The translations under genes were made by a program, and so were the position numbers. 64,000 bases of DNA, from positions 1 to 64,000 of IMG/VR virus record IMGVR_UViG_3300025405_000011; one strand, given 5' to 3'. The stretch comes from a virus. The notes under the pieces are model-generated. The model had not been told where the DNA came from, searched no databases, and was given only the letters and a program-made list of their open reading frames with translations. This document shows, in pieces, positions 1 through 9,313 of the stretch; the stretch's first letter is position 1, and the number at the start of each line of letters is the position of its first letter.

Positions 1-127
1 TGCCCTGTGGTACAGTAGGGAGTTTGTGTGAAGACCACTCATTCCAATCAATTGAAGACAGAGGCTCCCATGGTATCCACTTACGGGTATTTTTATCAGC
101 AGCGTATCTAGTATTCCAATTAGTCAC
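1..127 (-). CDS. Partial hypothetical protein (MTNWNTRYAADKNTRKW...), runs off the window edge
   Basis: Manual translation from GTG at 127 is open to position 1. It shares the N-terminal W-x-x-R-Y-A motif with the ORF at 2463..2702. Confidence 0.6.
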   Translation of the reverse strand, partial: MTNWNTRYAADKNTRKWIPWEPLSSIDWNEWSSHKLPTVPQG

Positions 128-266
128 AGCAGGAATCCCTCCAGCCACAATTGCGACATTTGTAATGTGCATGTTCTGCATCCAATTTATAACCACAGTG
201 CTGACATTCTGAAAAGATGCCGAGACGGCAATATTGCTCAGTTGTCTTAGGCTTGGTCTCGTTCAT
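120..266 (-). CDS. Small Zn-ribbon protein
   Basis: Start re-called to MNETKPK. Two CxxC pairs (CQHC, CRNC) and a terminal CCD. Confidence 0.55.
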   Translation of the reverse strand: MNETKPKTTEQYCRLGIFSECQHCGYKLDAEHAHYKCRNCGWRDSCCD

Positions 267-468
267 CTTTTCTCCAGTGTAGATAACTCTTAATATAAGC
301 TCCACTGTAGAGTACAACCGCAAATATAAATCCATACTGATGGGTAGTGATGGCATAGATGGTCCAAAGACACTCACTTACCATTAGAATAAGCCAACCA
401 AACATGTTCTTTTTGCCCACTACATAGACTCCCAGAGAGCCAACAATGGCAAGAATCCAAGACCACAT
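247..468 (-). CDS. Small membrane protein, PnuC/nicotinamide riboside transporter-like
   Basis: 73 aa, three hydrophobic segments, GW-x-I...W-x-x-Y pattern typical of short phage PnuC-like proteins. Confidence 0.5.
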   Translation of the reverse strand: MWSWILAIVGSLGVYVVGKKNMFGWLILMVSECLWTIYAITTHQYGFIFAVVLYSGAYIKSYLHWRKDERDQA

Positions 469-2459
469 TACCTACGGCCTCTATTCATTCCACCATAATC
501 AGTGGACGATCTTTGAGCACCAAATCTTTTAAGCTTGTCTCTTGCACTTAGTTGACTAAAGTCAACAGCATTTCTAGTGTGATATCCACCTTGTGCTCCT
601 GGGTAGAGTTCTGTACTACTCAAACGATCTCTCATTTCTAGTTTGACAAAGTTGTCTTCTAGAAGAGCATCAACACATACCATTAGACAGTCAGACATAT
701 CTTCTGTTCGAACTGGACCAAAGTCCTGCTTACGAACACGACCATTAACCTCTTGGAGGAACTTGAGTTCCAATTCCAATAGAGAAACACCATTCTCTCC
801 AAAAGTATCACGATAGGAGTGAACCCAATCCATACCTAGTGCACTCTTAAAGCGTTCTGCTCTACGAGTGTTACTTTGACCCGAGAACTTTTCTTCTCTA
901 ATTATAACCTTGTGAGGAGGGTTAATTTGCTTCAAACGTTTCTTCAAACGAGGAAGAGTAACGAAGGCTCCATACTGGTCAAAAGAGAATACTTTAGTGG
1001 TTCTAAATCTCTGAAGAACATCTACCAGTTCTTCTTCAATCTCTTCATAGTCAATCTGATGTTCTGTATAATTCTCTGGATCCCAAACTTTCATCCAGTC
1101 AACAATAACGTGAAACCAGACTTCACCATCTTCAGGGTCTGGAATTTTTTCAACATGGCAGATCATTGCTGCAGTGTTGGCACCACTCTTGGAAGGGTCA
1201 CAGTGTCCTTGATAGACAAAGGCCATAGTTCCTTCCTCTTGCTCTTCGAGATATCTAAGCTCTCCTGTAGCATCCTTAAATGGCTCAAACATACGTTCTA
1301 CAATCTTAGGATTAAGATAGGCATCTGTAACTTCGGCCCACTGGCTCAAACGCTCTACCTTAAATGCATCTGGCTCTCTCTTCTCCAAACGTTGCATGGC
1401 TTCATCATACAGCTGAGGAGCACTACGGAAATTAAAGCCTCCAGTGGCTCTAGGGTCATCCCAGTCTTCATAGGGACCCCAACTAGGAAGTTGACACATC
1501 ATCATATCTGGGAAGGCTGGAGTACCGTCTTCATTTAGTTGGAGAGCACTCTCATATAGGTTGTAGCACTTGCCCACCTTCGTAAAAGGAGAAGTGGGGA
1601 TATAGATAAATCCATCCTTACCAAACTGGTCCAATGCAGGAGTAATGGCATTGTAGACTTCATCAGAGGTTCTAGGACCATCTGTACCCACAAGCATGTG
1701 GGCAAACTCGTCAAACATAACACCAAAGGCTGCAGCTCCACGAGAAGATTTACTATTACTGGTTACAGCCATATTTCTAACACTGGCAATTAATCGACTA
1801 GGACGAATGCCTCTGGCTTCAAAGGCAGCAATTCTTCTAATGTCTGCTGGAGTTCTAAGACATACTACATATTCTTTGGCTTCTGCAATATAGGGCTGAA
1901 AGCATGGAGCATCAATGATTGTGTTGGCTAAGTCAGCAAATTGGAATTGCTTGGCCTGCTGAATGTTCGTAGCTACACAGAACATATACATATCTTTACT
2001 CTTGTCGATACCATAATGCCACTGTGGGTCATCTAGTTGTATCATATTCCAGTTGAGATAGGCTCCGATAATACCACCAATGTGGCCTTTACCACCACGA
2101 CGACCAGTAATGTTAATTACTTCACGAAAGTGATTGTAGCCATTGGCCTTGAGATATTCTATACGGGTCCAGATGTCAGGACTTACACCAATACTGGTTC
2201 CAGTCCGAGTGAAGTTTTTGGTCCAGCCATCAATTACTTCTAGATCATAATCGTTAAAATTTTCAGTCTCTAGACAGATGAGTTTGAGTAGAGTTTTTTG
2301 TCTGGGGTATAGACGTCGTCCTAGGAACTCTTGGTGTTCAGCGAAAGTGACAATATCTGGAAGTTCACTCTTGTCTTTGAGTGCTTGCTTGGCAATTTCA
2401 AAGAAGTCATCCTGCTGTTTGAGGATATTACTGTTACTATTTTTAGTAACTCTAGCCAC
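468..2459 (-). CDS. terL: Terminase large subunit
   Basis: LYPRQ adenine-binding motif, GRRGGKG Walker A variant, VMFDE Walker B, PTSP motif III, and a C-terminal RNase H-like domain (HCDPS, FDQY, EDMSD). Confidence 0.85.
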   Translation of the reverse strand: MARVTKNSNSNILKQQDDFFEIAKQALKDKSELPDIVTFAEHQEFLGRRLYPRQKTLLKLICLETENFNDYDLEVIDGWTKNFTRTGTSIGVSPDIWTRIEYLKANGYNHFREVINITGRRGGKGHIGGIIGAYLNWNMIQLDDPQWHYGIDKSKDMYMFCVATNIQQAKQFQFADLANTIIDAPCFQPYIAEAKEYVVCLRTPADIRRIAAFEARGIRPSRLIASVRNMAVTSNSKSSRGAAAFGVMFDEFAHMLVGTDGPRTSDEVYNAITPALDQFGKDGFIYIPTSPFTKVGKCYNLYESALQLNEDGTPAFPDMMMCQLPSWGPYEDWDDPRATGGFNFRSAPQLYDEAMQRLEKREPDAFKVERLSQWAEVTDAYLNPKIVERMFEPFKDATGELRYLEEQEEGTMAFVYQGHCDPSKSGANTAAMICHVEKIPDPEDGEVWFHVIVDWMKVWDPENYTEHQIDYEEIEEELVDVLQRFRTTKVFSFDQYGAFVTLPRLKKRLKQINPPHKVIIREEKFSGQSNTRRAERFKSALGMDWVHSYRDTFGENGVSLLELELKFLQEVNGRVRKQDFGPVRTEDMSDCLMVCVDALLEDNFVKLEMRDRLSSTELYPGAQGGYHTRNAVDFSQLSARDKLKRFGAQRSSTDYGGMNRGRR

Positions 2460-2462
2460 TAT

Positions 2463-2702
2463 TTACCAATCTTCTTGGAGATTTTTACTTCGTTCACTAG
2501 CATCAATGTGTAACTTTTGCATAGCTCTAATTCTATCGATGTCGGCTTTGCGTTGTGGACTAATCTTTTCACCTTCAGCAGTCTTGCCGAGAGTGCCCAC
2601 TAGTTCATCAAAGTGAAGACAAGCACTACAAGTGCCTTTACTGGGGTGTGGCCCCATTCTGGCATGATCAACATTGCCGGCATATCTCAGAGACCAGTTC
2701 AT
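2463..2702 (-). CDS. Hypothetical protein (putative virion-internal)
   Basis: Tightly packed ORF starting MNWSLRYAG. Confidence 0.55.
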   Translation of the reverse strand: MNWSLRYAGNVDHARMGPHPSKGTCSACLHFDELVGTLGKTAEGEKISPQRKADIDRIRAMQKLHIDASERSKNLQEDW

Positions 2703-3253
2703 TCCTTAGTCCAGTTGTCACCACACTCTGGGCAGTGCTGATCAGAGTTATCAAAACCTTCTTTGTGAACTGAATTAGTGCAATGTTCGGGGAAGAGAGA
2801 AAATCCTCTAGAATCATTTGGGTGAACAGTGTGAGTTTGTGGCTCTGCTTTAACATTAAAAAGCATATCTCTCTTATCACAAGCTCTATTTCTACAAATA
2901 GAACCGCCTCTATAGTCCTGTAGTGCACCCCCACAGCCTTCACATCTAGGGCCACCTTCAGTTAGTGGAGTATCATTGTCTACAACACGAAAGTGTTCTT
3001 CTTGCCCCCATGGTTCAGCAGAACCTAAACGATTTGTATATTCTATCCTGGCACAAGTTTTTCCACCACAAGTAGGTTTCTTGTTAAATCCAAGTCCTAC
3101 AGCTGGTCTTCCACAAGTGGTACTTCCACCAGTGGCTGCAGCAGACTCATATGATACTCCATTAGGAGACATACACTTTTCACCTTCATTATCAGCTGCT
3201 GTACGATAGTTTAGTTCACTAAATAGTTCTTGTGCACGAGATACTTTTCTCAT
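2699..3253 (-). CDS. Cys-rich hypothetical protein
   Basis: ORF in the operon with several CxxC/CxxxxC motifs. Confidence 0.6.
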   Translation of the reverse strand: MRKVSRAQELFSELNYRTAADNEGEKCMSPNGVSYESAAATGGSTTCGRPAVGLGFNKKPTCGGKTCARIEYTNRLGSAEPWGQEEHFRVVDNDTPLTEGGPRCEGCGGALQDYRGGSICRNRACDKRDMLFNVKAEPQTHTVHPNDSRGFSLFPEHCTNSVHKEGFDNSDQHCPECGDNWTKE

Positions 3254-3256
3254 AAG

Positions 3257-3739
3257 TTACCTTCCGGGTATAATTAGTTTCTTGTTACCCATCTTGTTTA
3301 CTTCACGCTTGGCTTTATAGTAATCGTCTGCAATACCTTCACCAATTTCATAACGAGCCTGTTCTGGGTTAAACTCGGCTTCGCCAATTCTTCCTACAAT
3401 TGTAATGGTTGGAGGTTGAGGAGTTTGTGAGATACCGGGCAATACCCAGTCCACTACAACTTGTAGTCCAATCTTTTCAAACTTTTCATCAGCTTCACCT
3501 TTAAGTGAAACTAGATTCTCAAAGCTGGCCTTACGGTAGGCATACTTTTCTTGTAGATCTTTTAGAACCTGCCATACAGCCATAAGTTCACTCTCGTAGA
3601 GCTCGATCTCTTGTTCTTTACCGAGTGCAGCCTCCTCGGCCTTTTGACTGGCTAGATAAGCGTCAATCTGGGCTTGGGCTTCTGGGCTTACCTTAACATC
3701 TTCTGGGGCAATCCCGGGAATACCTACATCTTTAGCCAT
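3257..3739 (-). CDS. Hypothetical protein
   Basis: ORF preceded by SD (AAGGA) and a TATAAT box. Confidence 0.7.
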   Translation of the reverse strand: MAKDVGIPGIAPEDVKVSPEAQAQIDAYLASQKAEEAALGKEQEIELYESELMAVWQVLKDLQEKYAYRKASFENLVSLKGEADEKFEKIGLQVVVDWVLPGISQTPQPPTITIVGRIGEAEFNPEQARYEIGEGIADDYYKAKREVNKMGNKKLIIPGR

Positions 3740-3781
3740 TATGTTCCTTTGATAGAGTTACTATTTATTATAGTATGTTAT

Positions 3782-5353
3782 TTAAGAGATATCCATCTGA
3801 TGTGGGTCAGCACCACGAGCTTTTTCTAGAACAAATTGACGACAGTCAAACTTGCCCTTACAGTCACTAGTTTTACGTCCACAGTCTAGACACATAGGCG
3901 GTTTGTCTACCTTCTTGGCAGCCTCATGTTTGCCTTTAGGCATTAGACTCTTAAGTACATTCTTAGACTTATTAATTAAGTAGGCTGCACCTGGAGCACC
4001 TACTTCTGTTGGGGTCAAATGAAGAGGAGCAGAATCATAATAGTGCCCAGGTTTAGTATCAACCTGAGGAGCTCCTTGTCCTGTAGCAAGTTCCTTAACA
4101 AAATGTCCTACACTCTTGACAGCATTCTCCGGTTCCATAAAAGTATCTTTGAGTACATGCCCTACCCCTTTAGCAATCTCGGAGATTAGTGGGGCATGTT
4201 GTATTAGTGCACTTGAATTCTTTTCAGTAGTATATTTTTTATCAAAAGAAGAAGTAGTTCCAACAGCATCTTTATTTTTATAGTCTTCTATTTCACTAGG
4301 AGACATAAATCCAGTGGCTCTGTATGCTTCTTGAGAACCAGGGGTGGGATCAGGCTTCTTTCTGTTTTTAATATTCTTTACCAGACCAGTTAAGAGTCCT
4401 GCTTCAGCGGCAACAGTGGGGATTAGTGTGGGAAGGTGAGTTACAATATTGTGTGGAATGTCTGCAAGGCCAGCTTCTTTTTTCTTCGGGTATTCGTTAG
4501 CATATTTTTCATTGAATAACATTATTTTTCCTATTCTAGGTTCTCGAGTTTTACCCTTTAAAATGGTGTCTAATACTTCTGCAGTACTAGGTCCAGTGGT
4601 TATACTTAGTCGTGACACTGGAATTTTCTTTTGGAAGATGTCTTCTGGAGTAGTGGTTCTCCTAGTGATTTCTGGCATACTTGGGCGTTCTTCTAGATCA
4701 CTATCGCTCATACCCATAATTTCTTTGGCCTTGTCTATGCCAGCACCAGCAGCATGAAAAGCTATGTGACTCTCTAGATCATGTTTAGGTTTTTGGGGAA
4801 GTTCTTTTAGATCTTGTTCTAGTACACCCAAACGTGACTTAAGACCCAGTGTCTTAGATCTGTGAAGAGAGTCTTCTTTGTTCCAGTCAGATAGTGTACT
4901 CATACCCTCTGGACTCTCTCCCCACTCACGGTCTTCACTATATTGTTCAGGGAGATGACGACGTCTAGAAGCTCTAGTAGCCATACCTTGAGCAGTATGC
5001 TGTCCTAGCTCTTGGGTTAGAGCCTTATGCTGCTGATATTTTTCAGCCAATGGGTGTCTACTACTTATAGGGTTTTCTATGTCTAGACTAGCAATTGGAT
5101 GAGTACTAGTAACCCAATCTTGTACACTAGTAGGGTTATGACTTCCACCCTCTTCTTTTTCTAGATCTGTACGAGGAGTAGAGAGTCTTTTAACTATTCT
5201 ACTGAGGATAGAAGCATGTTGTTCTGGGGCACTCTGCTTGGCTAATCCTGCACGTTCTTTTTCATCAAAAAGGTGTTGACTACAGTTACAGATTTCTGTT
5301 GGATTATCTAATTGATCTTGTTCAAACATATTAAATCTGTGCTTTCTCATCAC
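3782..5353 (-). CDS. Large low-complexity hypothetical protein (putative virion-internal)
   Basis: 523-aa ORF whose real start may be MFEQ at 5329. Internal FNEKYA, KEAG and FDKKY motifs, and a C-terminal CxxC. Confidence 0.65.
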   Translation of the reverse strand: MMRKHRFNMFEQDQLDNPTEICNCSQHLFDEKERAGLAKQSAPEQHASILSRIVKRLSTPRTDLEKEEGGSHNPTSVQDWVTSTHPIASLDIENPISSRHPLAEKYQQHKALTQELGQHTAQGMATRASRRRHLPEQYSEDREWGESPEGMSTLSDWNKEDSLHRSKTLGLKSRLGVLEQDLKELPQKPKHDLESHIAFHAAGAGIDKAKEIMGMSDSDLEERPSMPEITRRTTTPEDIFQKKIPVSRLSITTGPSTAEVLDTILKGKTREPRIGKIMLFNEKYANEYPKKKEAGLADIPHNIVTHLPTLIPTVAAEAGLLTGLVKNIKNRKKPDPTPGSQEAYRATGFMSPSEIEDYKNKDAVGTTSSFDKKYTTEKNSSALIQHAPLISEIAKGVGHVLKDTFMEPENAVKSVGHFVKELATGQGAPQVDTKPGHYYDSAPLHLTPTEVGAPGAAYLINKSKNVLKSLMPKGKHEAAKKVDKPPMCLDCGRKTSDCKGKFDCRQFVLEKARGADPHQMDIS

Positions 5354-6032
5354 TGTGGGGGATACCGTGACTCTCTAGAGCACTCTTAATGTCTTTTTCA
5401 GCACCATAGAGACTGTCTGAGAGTGCCTGGTGTCCTTCTACACAAGGGTCAAAACTTGTTTTAGTATAAGAGTCTTCATCTAGTCCACGAGACAATAGAT
5501 GTTGTCTATAGCCGTGTAGGGCAGAAATTAAATTCTTAGTGTGCACTATTTGAGTATTGGGATCGTTTTCTTGAATACCTCTAATAGCAGACATACCTTG
5601 TTCTTGAAAGTCTTTACAGTCTTGGCAAGGTCCACCACATGCTCTATTATTGCAAGACTCTAGAGTATTAGGACTAACTGTATTGTCTATTTCTTTGGGA
5701 TCTTTACCACGAGCAACAAAATCTCTAATTCGTCCTCTAGTTTGTGGAGTATCTTTTAGTTTTAGACAACCGGTACTAGGATGAGTAAAAAGACTCACTA
5801 GTTTAGGACCATGTTCTACGAGTGCTCTAGTGACTGGAGATTTCTTATCAAAAGTCATTTTAGGGAAAGTTTCAGGGTAGTCCTGAACAGAACTTACATT
5901 CTTACGAAAAGCAGACATTAGACGTTCACGTCCTGTCTTGGGTTCTTCAGTCTGTGGGTCAAACTTCTTCCATAGACCACCAAGAGAAGAACTCTCTCTG
6001 TCTACATCAGCAAACTTAGAATTAAAGCTCAT
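5331..6032 (-). CDS. Hypothetical protein
   Basis: ORF starting MSFNSKFAD with a Cys cluster. Confidence 0.65.
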   Translation of the reverse strand: MSFNSKFADVDRESSSLGGLWKKFDPQTEEPKTGRERLMSAFRKNVSSVQDYPETFPKMTFDKKSPVTRALVEHGPKLVSLFTHPSTGCLKLKDTPQTRGRIRDFVARGKDPKEIDNTVSPNTLESCNNRACGGPCQDCKDFQEQGMSAIRGIQENDPNTQIVHTKNLISALHGYRQHLLSRGLDEDSYTKTSFDPCVEGHQALSDSLYGAEKDIKSALESHGIPHSDEKAQI

Positions 6033-6436
6033 TGGTTTTCTCCTAGAGAACTTACAAAACCACTATTGTTTTTAATACAGTGTATACCATACTTTTCATA
6101 TGCAACTTTACCACTTTCATCCTCATCTTTGGGACAACGATAACGTTGCTTGGACAAAAGCTTTAGACTCTTACCAATGATTGGAACAGCAAAACTAAAA
6201 GGAATTCGTCTCTTACAATTGTCACACTCTATGTGTCGAGTGCCTGGTTCATCATAAGTTTCATCAGTAGTGTGTAGATAGGCAACAGGAGCTTGATCTC
6301 CACGAACTTGCTGTTGTCTAGAACTAGCAATATCTTCAAGAGGTGTAAACAGTGTTTTTCCAGTACGTTTACTTACTACTCGAGAGATGTCCTCGGGATA
6401 AGTAGGTATCTCTTCCACTGGTGATCTTTTTGTCAT
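6029..6436 (-). CDS. Hypothetical Zn-binding protein
   Basis: ORF with SD, CxxC and further Cys residues. Confidence 0.6.
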   Translation of the reverse strand: MTKRSPVEEIPTYPEDISRVVSKRTGKTLFTPLEDIASSRQQQVRGDQAPVAYLHTTDETYDEPGTRHIECDNCKRRIPFSFAVPIIGKSLKLLSKQRYRCPKDEDESGKVAYEKYGIHCIKNNSGFVSSLGENQ

Positions 6437-6496
6437 AGTGTATTTCCTTAGAAACGATCACTTCTTAGTCTAAGTTTCGGTAATATTTACATTAAT

Positions 6497-6573
6497 TGGT
6501 AGGGCCGGTGGGACTTGAACCCACGACCAAAGGATTATGAGTCCTACGCTCTAACCGACTGAGCTACAGCCCC
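6497..6573 (-). tRNA. tRNA with CAT anticodon, most like tRNA-Ile2 (lysidine-dependent, reads AUA)
   Basis: GGGGCTGTAGCTCAGTCGGTTAGAGCGTAGGA-CTCATAA-TCCTTTGGTCGTGGGTTCAAGTCCCACCGGCCCTACCA. Folds as a cloverleaf with encoded CCA. The GACTCATAATC arm is typical of Ile2 and initiator features are absent. Confidence 0.85.
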
Positions 6574-6574
6574 T

Positions 6575-6658
6575 TGGTGGATGGAGAGGGATTCGAACCC
6601 CCGAACAATAAAGAACTGGTTTACAGCCAGCCGCGTTTGGCCACTTCGCTACCCATCC
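6575..6658 (-). tRNA. tRNA-Tyr(GTA)
   Basis: GGATGGGTAGCGAAGTGGCCAAACGCGGCTGG-CTGTAAA-CCAG, long variable arm, GGTTCGAATCC, encoded CCA. Confidence 0.9.
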
Positions 6659-6663
6659 AGCAG

Positions 6664-6750
6664 AGGAAGAAGAGGGATTCGAACCCTCGAAGGCTTTAAC
6701 ACCTTGGCTGTTTAGTAGACAGCTGCCTTAAACCACTCGGCCATTCTTCC
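6664..6750 (-). tRNA. tRNA-Ser with ACT anticodon
   Basis: GGAAGAATGGCCGAGTGGTTTAAGGCA GCTGT-CTACTAA-ACAGC, Ser-type long variable arm, T-arm GAGGG-TTCGAAT-CCCTC. No encoded CCA. Confidence 0.85.
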
Positions 6751-6794
6751 ATTGGATAGTTTATACACATACCCAGGTGTGACCTGTCCGAAAA

Positions 6795-7811
6795 CTAGGC
6801 TTCCAAGTTGTGCTGACAATTATTGCAACGGTGTCCCCCAAGATCACGAATTGCATTGCCACCCAACTTTTGGATCTTGTCAAACTGTTCTCCATCTACT
6901 CCATCAATGTGCTGGAATGAAGTAATTAGATTAATTACATCGTAGTAACTATCACCAGTAAGACTAGATGCAGCCTCAATAATGCGACTTTCTAGTTTAG
7001 TAGATAGTTCAACTTCACGAGACAAACGGTGGATTAGCTGTTCAGGATTAGTACTACGAATGGTAGTTAGCTTTTTCCAATTTTCCAAATAGGCAGGCAC
7101 TGTCTTATTGAGAAGAAGTTGTGCTGCAGCTTCCATATTGTTAATAATTTCATCCAATGAGTAGCCTTTAACTGAGATATTATCAAAGTCACCTTGAGCA
7201 ACTGTACCATTAGTACAAATCAAACGTTCCATATAGGCACTTACTTGTGGAGTTTTACCATGATAGGCCTTAAAACGAATACCACCATTGGTACGATCAC
7301 CACCAATTGCATCAATAAATACATCTGGAGTATGTACATTGACTACAAGTCCTTCATTATAGTCAAAGTGCCCAATAAGATCAGTATCCTTAAACACTCG
7401 ACCAATCATTTCAGCTACCTTTTGTGGTGGAAGAATAACTGCACTGGGCTTATAAACAGACTGCAAGTCATTACTAATATGACTAAATACTCCAAGGTTG
7501 TCTCTGCTCTTATCCAAAATATAAGTTACTACATCAGATTGCATTTTGGCTGTCAACTTAACTAAAAAGTTGGCTGGTACTCCAATGTAGGTACAAAAAC
7601 TTTTTAGACCATCTTTTCCAAGATAAAAGTTTTCTCCAGTGTTCTTATCCACTACTGCAGGACCACCACCCATAATACGAGTGCCTGGTACTGTTGAAGC
7701 AACTGCAGTAGTAACTGGAAGAAACTCCAGATCTCCTAACTGCACTGTACTAAAAGAAGGCACTTGTGAATCTACAAAGTCCTTCATTTCTTTAATTGTA
7801 AATGTACTCAT
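6795..7811 (-). CDS. DUF932-like protein
   Basis: ERLICTNG motif (R-x-x-C-x-N-G), 338 aa, with its own promoter and SD. Confidence 0.55.
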   Translation of the reverse strand: MSTFTIKEMKDFVDSQVPSFSTVQLGDLEFLPVTTAVASTVPGTRIMGGGPAVVDKNTGENFYLGKDGLKSFCTYIGVPANFLVKLTAKMQSDVVTYILDKSRDNLGVFSHISNDLQSVYKPSAVILPPQKVAEMIGRVFKDTDLIGHFDYNEGLVVNVHTPDVFIDAIGGDRTNGGIRFKAYHGKTPQVSAYMERLICTNGTVAQGDFDNISVKGYSLDEIINNMEAAAQLLLNKTVPAYLENWKKLTTIRSTNPEQLIHRLSREVELSTKLESRIIEAASSLTGDSYYDVINLITSFQHIDGVDGEQFDKIQKLGGNAIRDLGGHRCNNCQHNLEA

Positions 7812-7852
7812 AATTCTCCTAACTATGTTGTCGAAGATTCTTCGACCTAGTT

Positions 7853-7881
7853 AGTTTAAATGAACAGAATATACAAAACAA
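7853..7881 (-). promoter_or_regulatory. Sigma70/SigA-type promoter
   Basis: TTGTTT-N17-TAAACT, followed by a GTCGAAGA/TTCGAC leader hairpin and AGGAG. Confidence 0.65.
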
Positions 7882-7884
7882 CTC

Positions 7885-8604
7885 TTAAATAAGATCATCA
7901 TCTATATAGTCAAAGTCTTCATCTTCTTCTGCTGACTTTAGGGCTTTAGGAGAATTAGCCTTTTTATTGGCACTCTGATACTCTTCGATTCTTTGGAATA
8001 GTTTTTCTCTAAGGTCCGGTGGTAGTACTTCACGAACAGCCATAAGGATAATGTCCAATTGTTGAATGAGGTCTTCTGGCCTGTAGCTATCTCCAGCTTC
8101 TTCATCAAACTTGGAGAGCATATCCATGGCCTGCATAGTTTGACTTAGCGTAGGACGAGTGTAGCCACTGACTAGATCTTCCCAACCTTTAGCAGCAATC
8201 ACTTCATAGAATGCTTCAGCAGTAAGGAGACGATCAGAAGCATTAAGAATTGCTATATTCTTTTCCTTGGCTCTACGCTCTACTATCTCTCTAACAGCAA
8301 TCTTATCAAAAGGAAGGTGATTCCTTTGGTGATTACGGATATTTTCGTAGTTAAGCCTATCGTCTATGGGTACCTCTAACTTCTCTTGTAGAGGCTGTAT
8401 AGACCTTAACACTTCGGCATAACTCTTGGGAAACATTAGTAGGGTATCCACTAGGTTTCTAATATCTTCTCCAGCAGTACAAACCTTACACTTATTACTG
8501 GTCTTGTAGAGATAGGTTTCTCCATCAATCTGCTCACTGAGCAGTTCACTAGTAGGAGGGGTCATCTTGACTAGATCTTTATATTCTTTACTTCTCTTGT
8601 CCAT
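7885..8604 (-). CDS. Hypothetical protein with CxxC...HxxxH and a helical region (possible DNA-binding or terminase small subunit)
   Basis: KCKVC...IRNHQRNH and an acidic tail. Function is inferred only. Confidence 0.5.
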   Translation of the reverse strand: MDKRSKEYKDLVKMTPPTSELLSEQIDGETYLYKTSNKCKVCTAGEDIRNLVDTLLMFPKSYAEVLRSIQPLQEKLEVPIDDRLNYENIRNHQRNHLPFDKIAVREIVERRAKEKNIAILNASDRLLTAEAFYEVIAAKGWEDLVSGYTRPTLSQTMQAMDMLSKFDEEAGDSYRPEDLIQQLDIILMAVREVLPPDLREKLFQRIEEYQSANKKANSPKALKSAEEDEDFDYIDDDLI

Positions 8605-8984
8605 TATTCTTCCTTGGGGGTGGGAGTGGGTGGTGTTATATTGATGGCATTCTCATTGATATAGGTTCTAGAGAATACTCCACGCTTGGGTGGAATTTCA
8701 TCCCAACTACCAAACTTGGAAAGAACTTCTCGTTTTCTTCTTCGTTCCAATTGATAGTTACTTAGCCATCCTTCTTCTTTAATGACTGTGTGACTGGTAC
8801 TAGTTCTCATATCTAGTAGCATTCGGTGTCCGATGTATTCTAGCTTTTGTTCATGGGTGTAGGTCTCCCAATGCTTGGGTAGTTTAATATTGTACTGCTG
8901 TACAATAAGATCGATTTCGGTAGGTTCAGCTACTTCTTCGTTTTCTTCATTCTCCAGATTCATAGTTTCCCCAAATGTTTTCAC
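8604..8984 (-). CDS. Hypothetical protein
   Basis: Overlapping, packed ORF. Confidence 0.6.
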   Translation of the reverse strand: MKTFGETMNLENEENEEVAEPTEIDLIVQQYNIKLPKHWETYTHEQKLEYIGHRMLLDMRTSTSHTVIKEEGWLSNYQLERRRKREVLSKFGSWDEIPPKRGVFSRTYINENAINITPPTPTPKEE

Positions 8985-9312
8985 AAAGTGTCTTTAAAGC
9001 CTTACGCTTGTACATCCCTACTTGTGAACTCCACTTAGTGAAACCCATAATTTTTGCTACTTCTACTTCCTTACGGTTTTCTAGACACGAAAGGACTACG
9101 GCCTGTCTTTGTCTTAGAGGTAGTTCTTTTATACCCTCTAAGAGGTCGTAAATATTCACTGTTACCCCGTTGAGTAATTCTAGTTCGGGGTTACCACTAG
9201 TCTTATAGATCTCATACCATTCTCGATAGTTATTGAGCAAACGCTCTAATATCTGCCAAGTCATCTGTCCCTGAACGATCTCTTGCTTACGAGATTTTCT
9301 GGGCTGAGTCAT
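8947..9312 (-). CDS. Sigma-70 region 4-like HTH protein
   Basis: LPLRQRQAVVLSCLENRKEVEVAKIMG...V...KRKALKTL matches the sigma region-4 consensus. Confidence 0.7.
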   Translation of the reverse strand: MTQPRKSRKQEIVQGQMTWQILERLLNNYREWYEIYKTSGNPELELLNGVTVNIYDLLEGIKELPLRQRQAVVLSCLENRKEVEVAKIMGFTKWSSQVGMYKRKALKTLCENIWGNYESGE

Positions 9313-9313
9313 T

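Noticed and set aside
876-1538. Plus-strand ORFs in the ORF track (this one and others)
   Set aside because: They lie antisense to clear minus-strand genes, have no recognisable motifs and are shadow ORFs.
6497-6573. Initiator tRNA-fMet
   Set aside because: It lacks the C1:A72 mismatch and the three consecutive G-C pairs in the anticodon stem. Elongator Met is not fully excluded.
6664-6750. Amber suppressor tRNA or TAG recoding (CTA occurs in two anticodon loops, and TAG is abundant)
   Set aside because: The stem register gives ACT here and TCT at 40085. Genes are full-length in the standard code, and TAG ends well-defined genes such as queE and dnaC.
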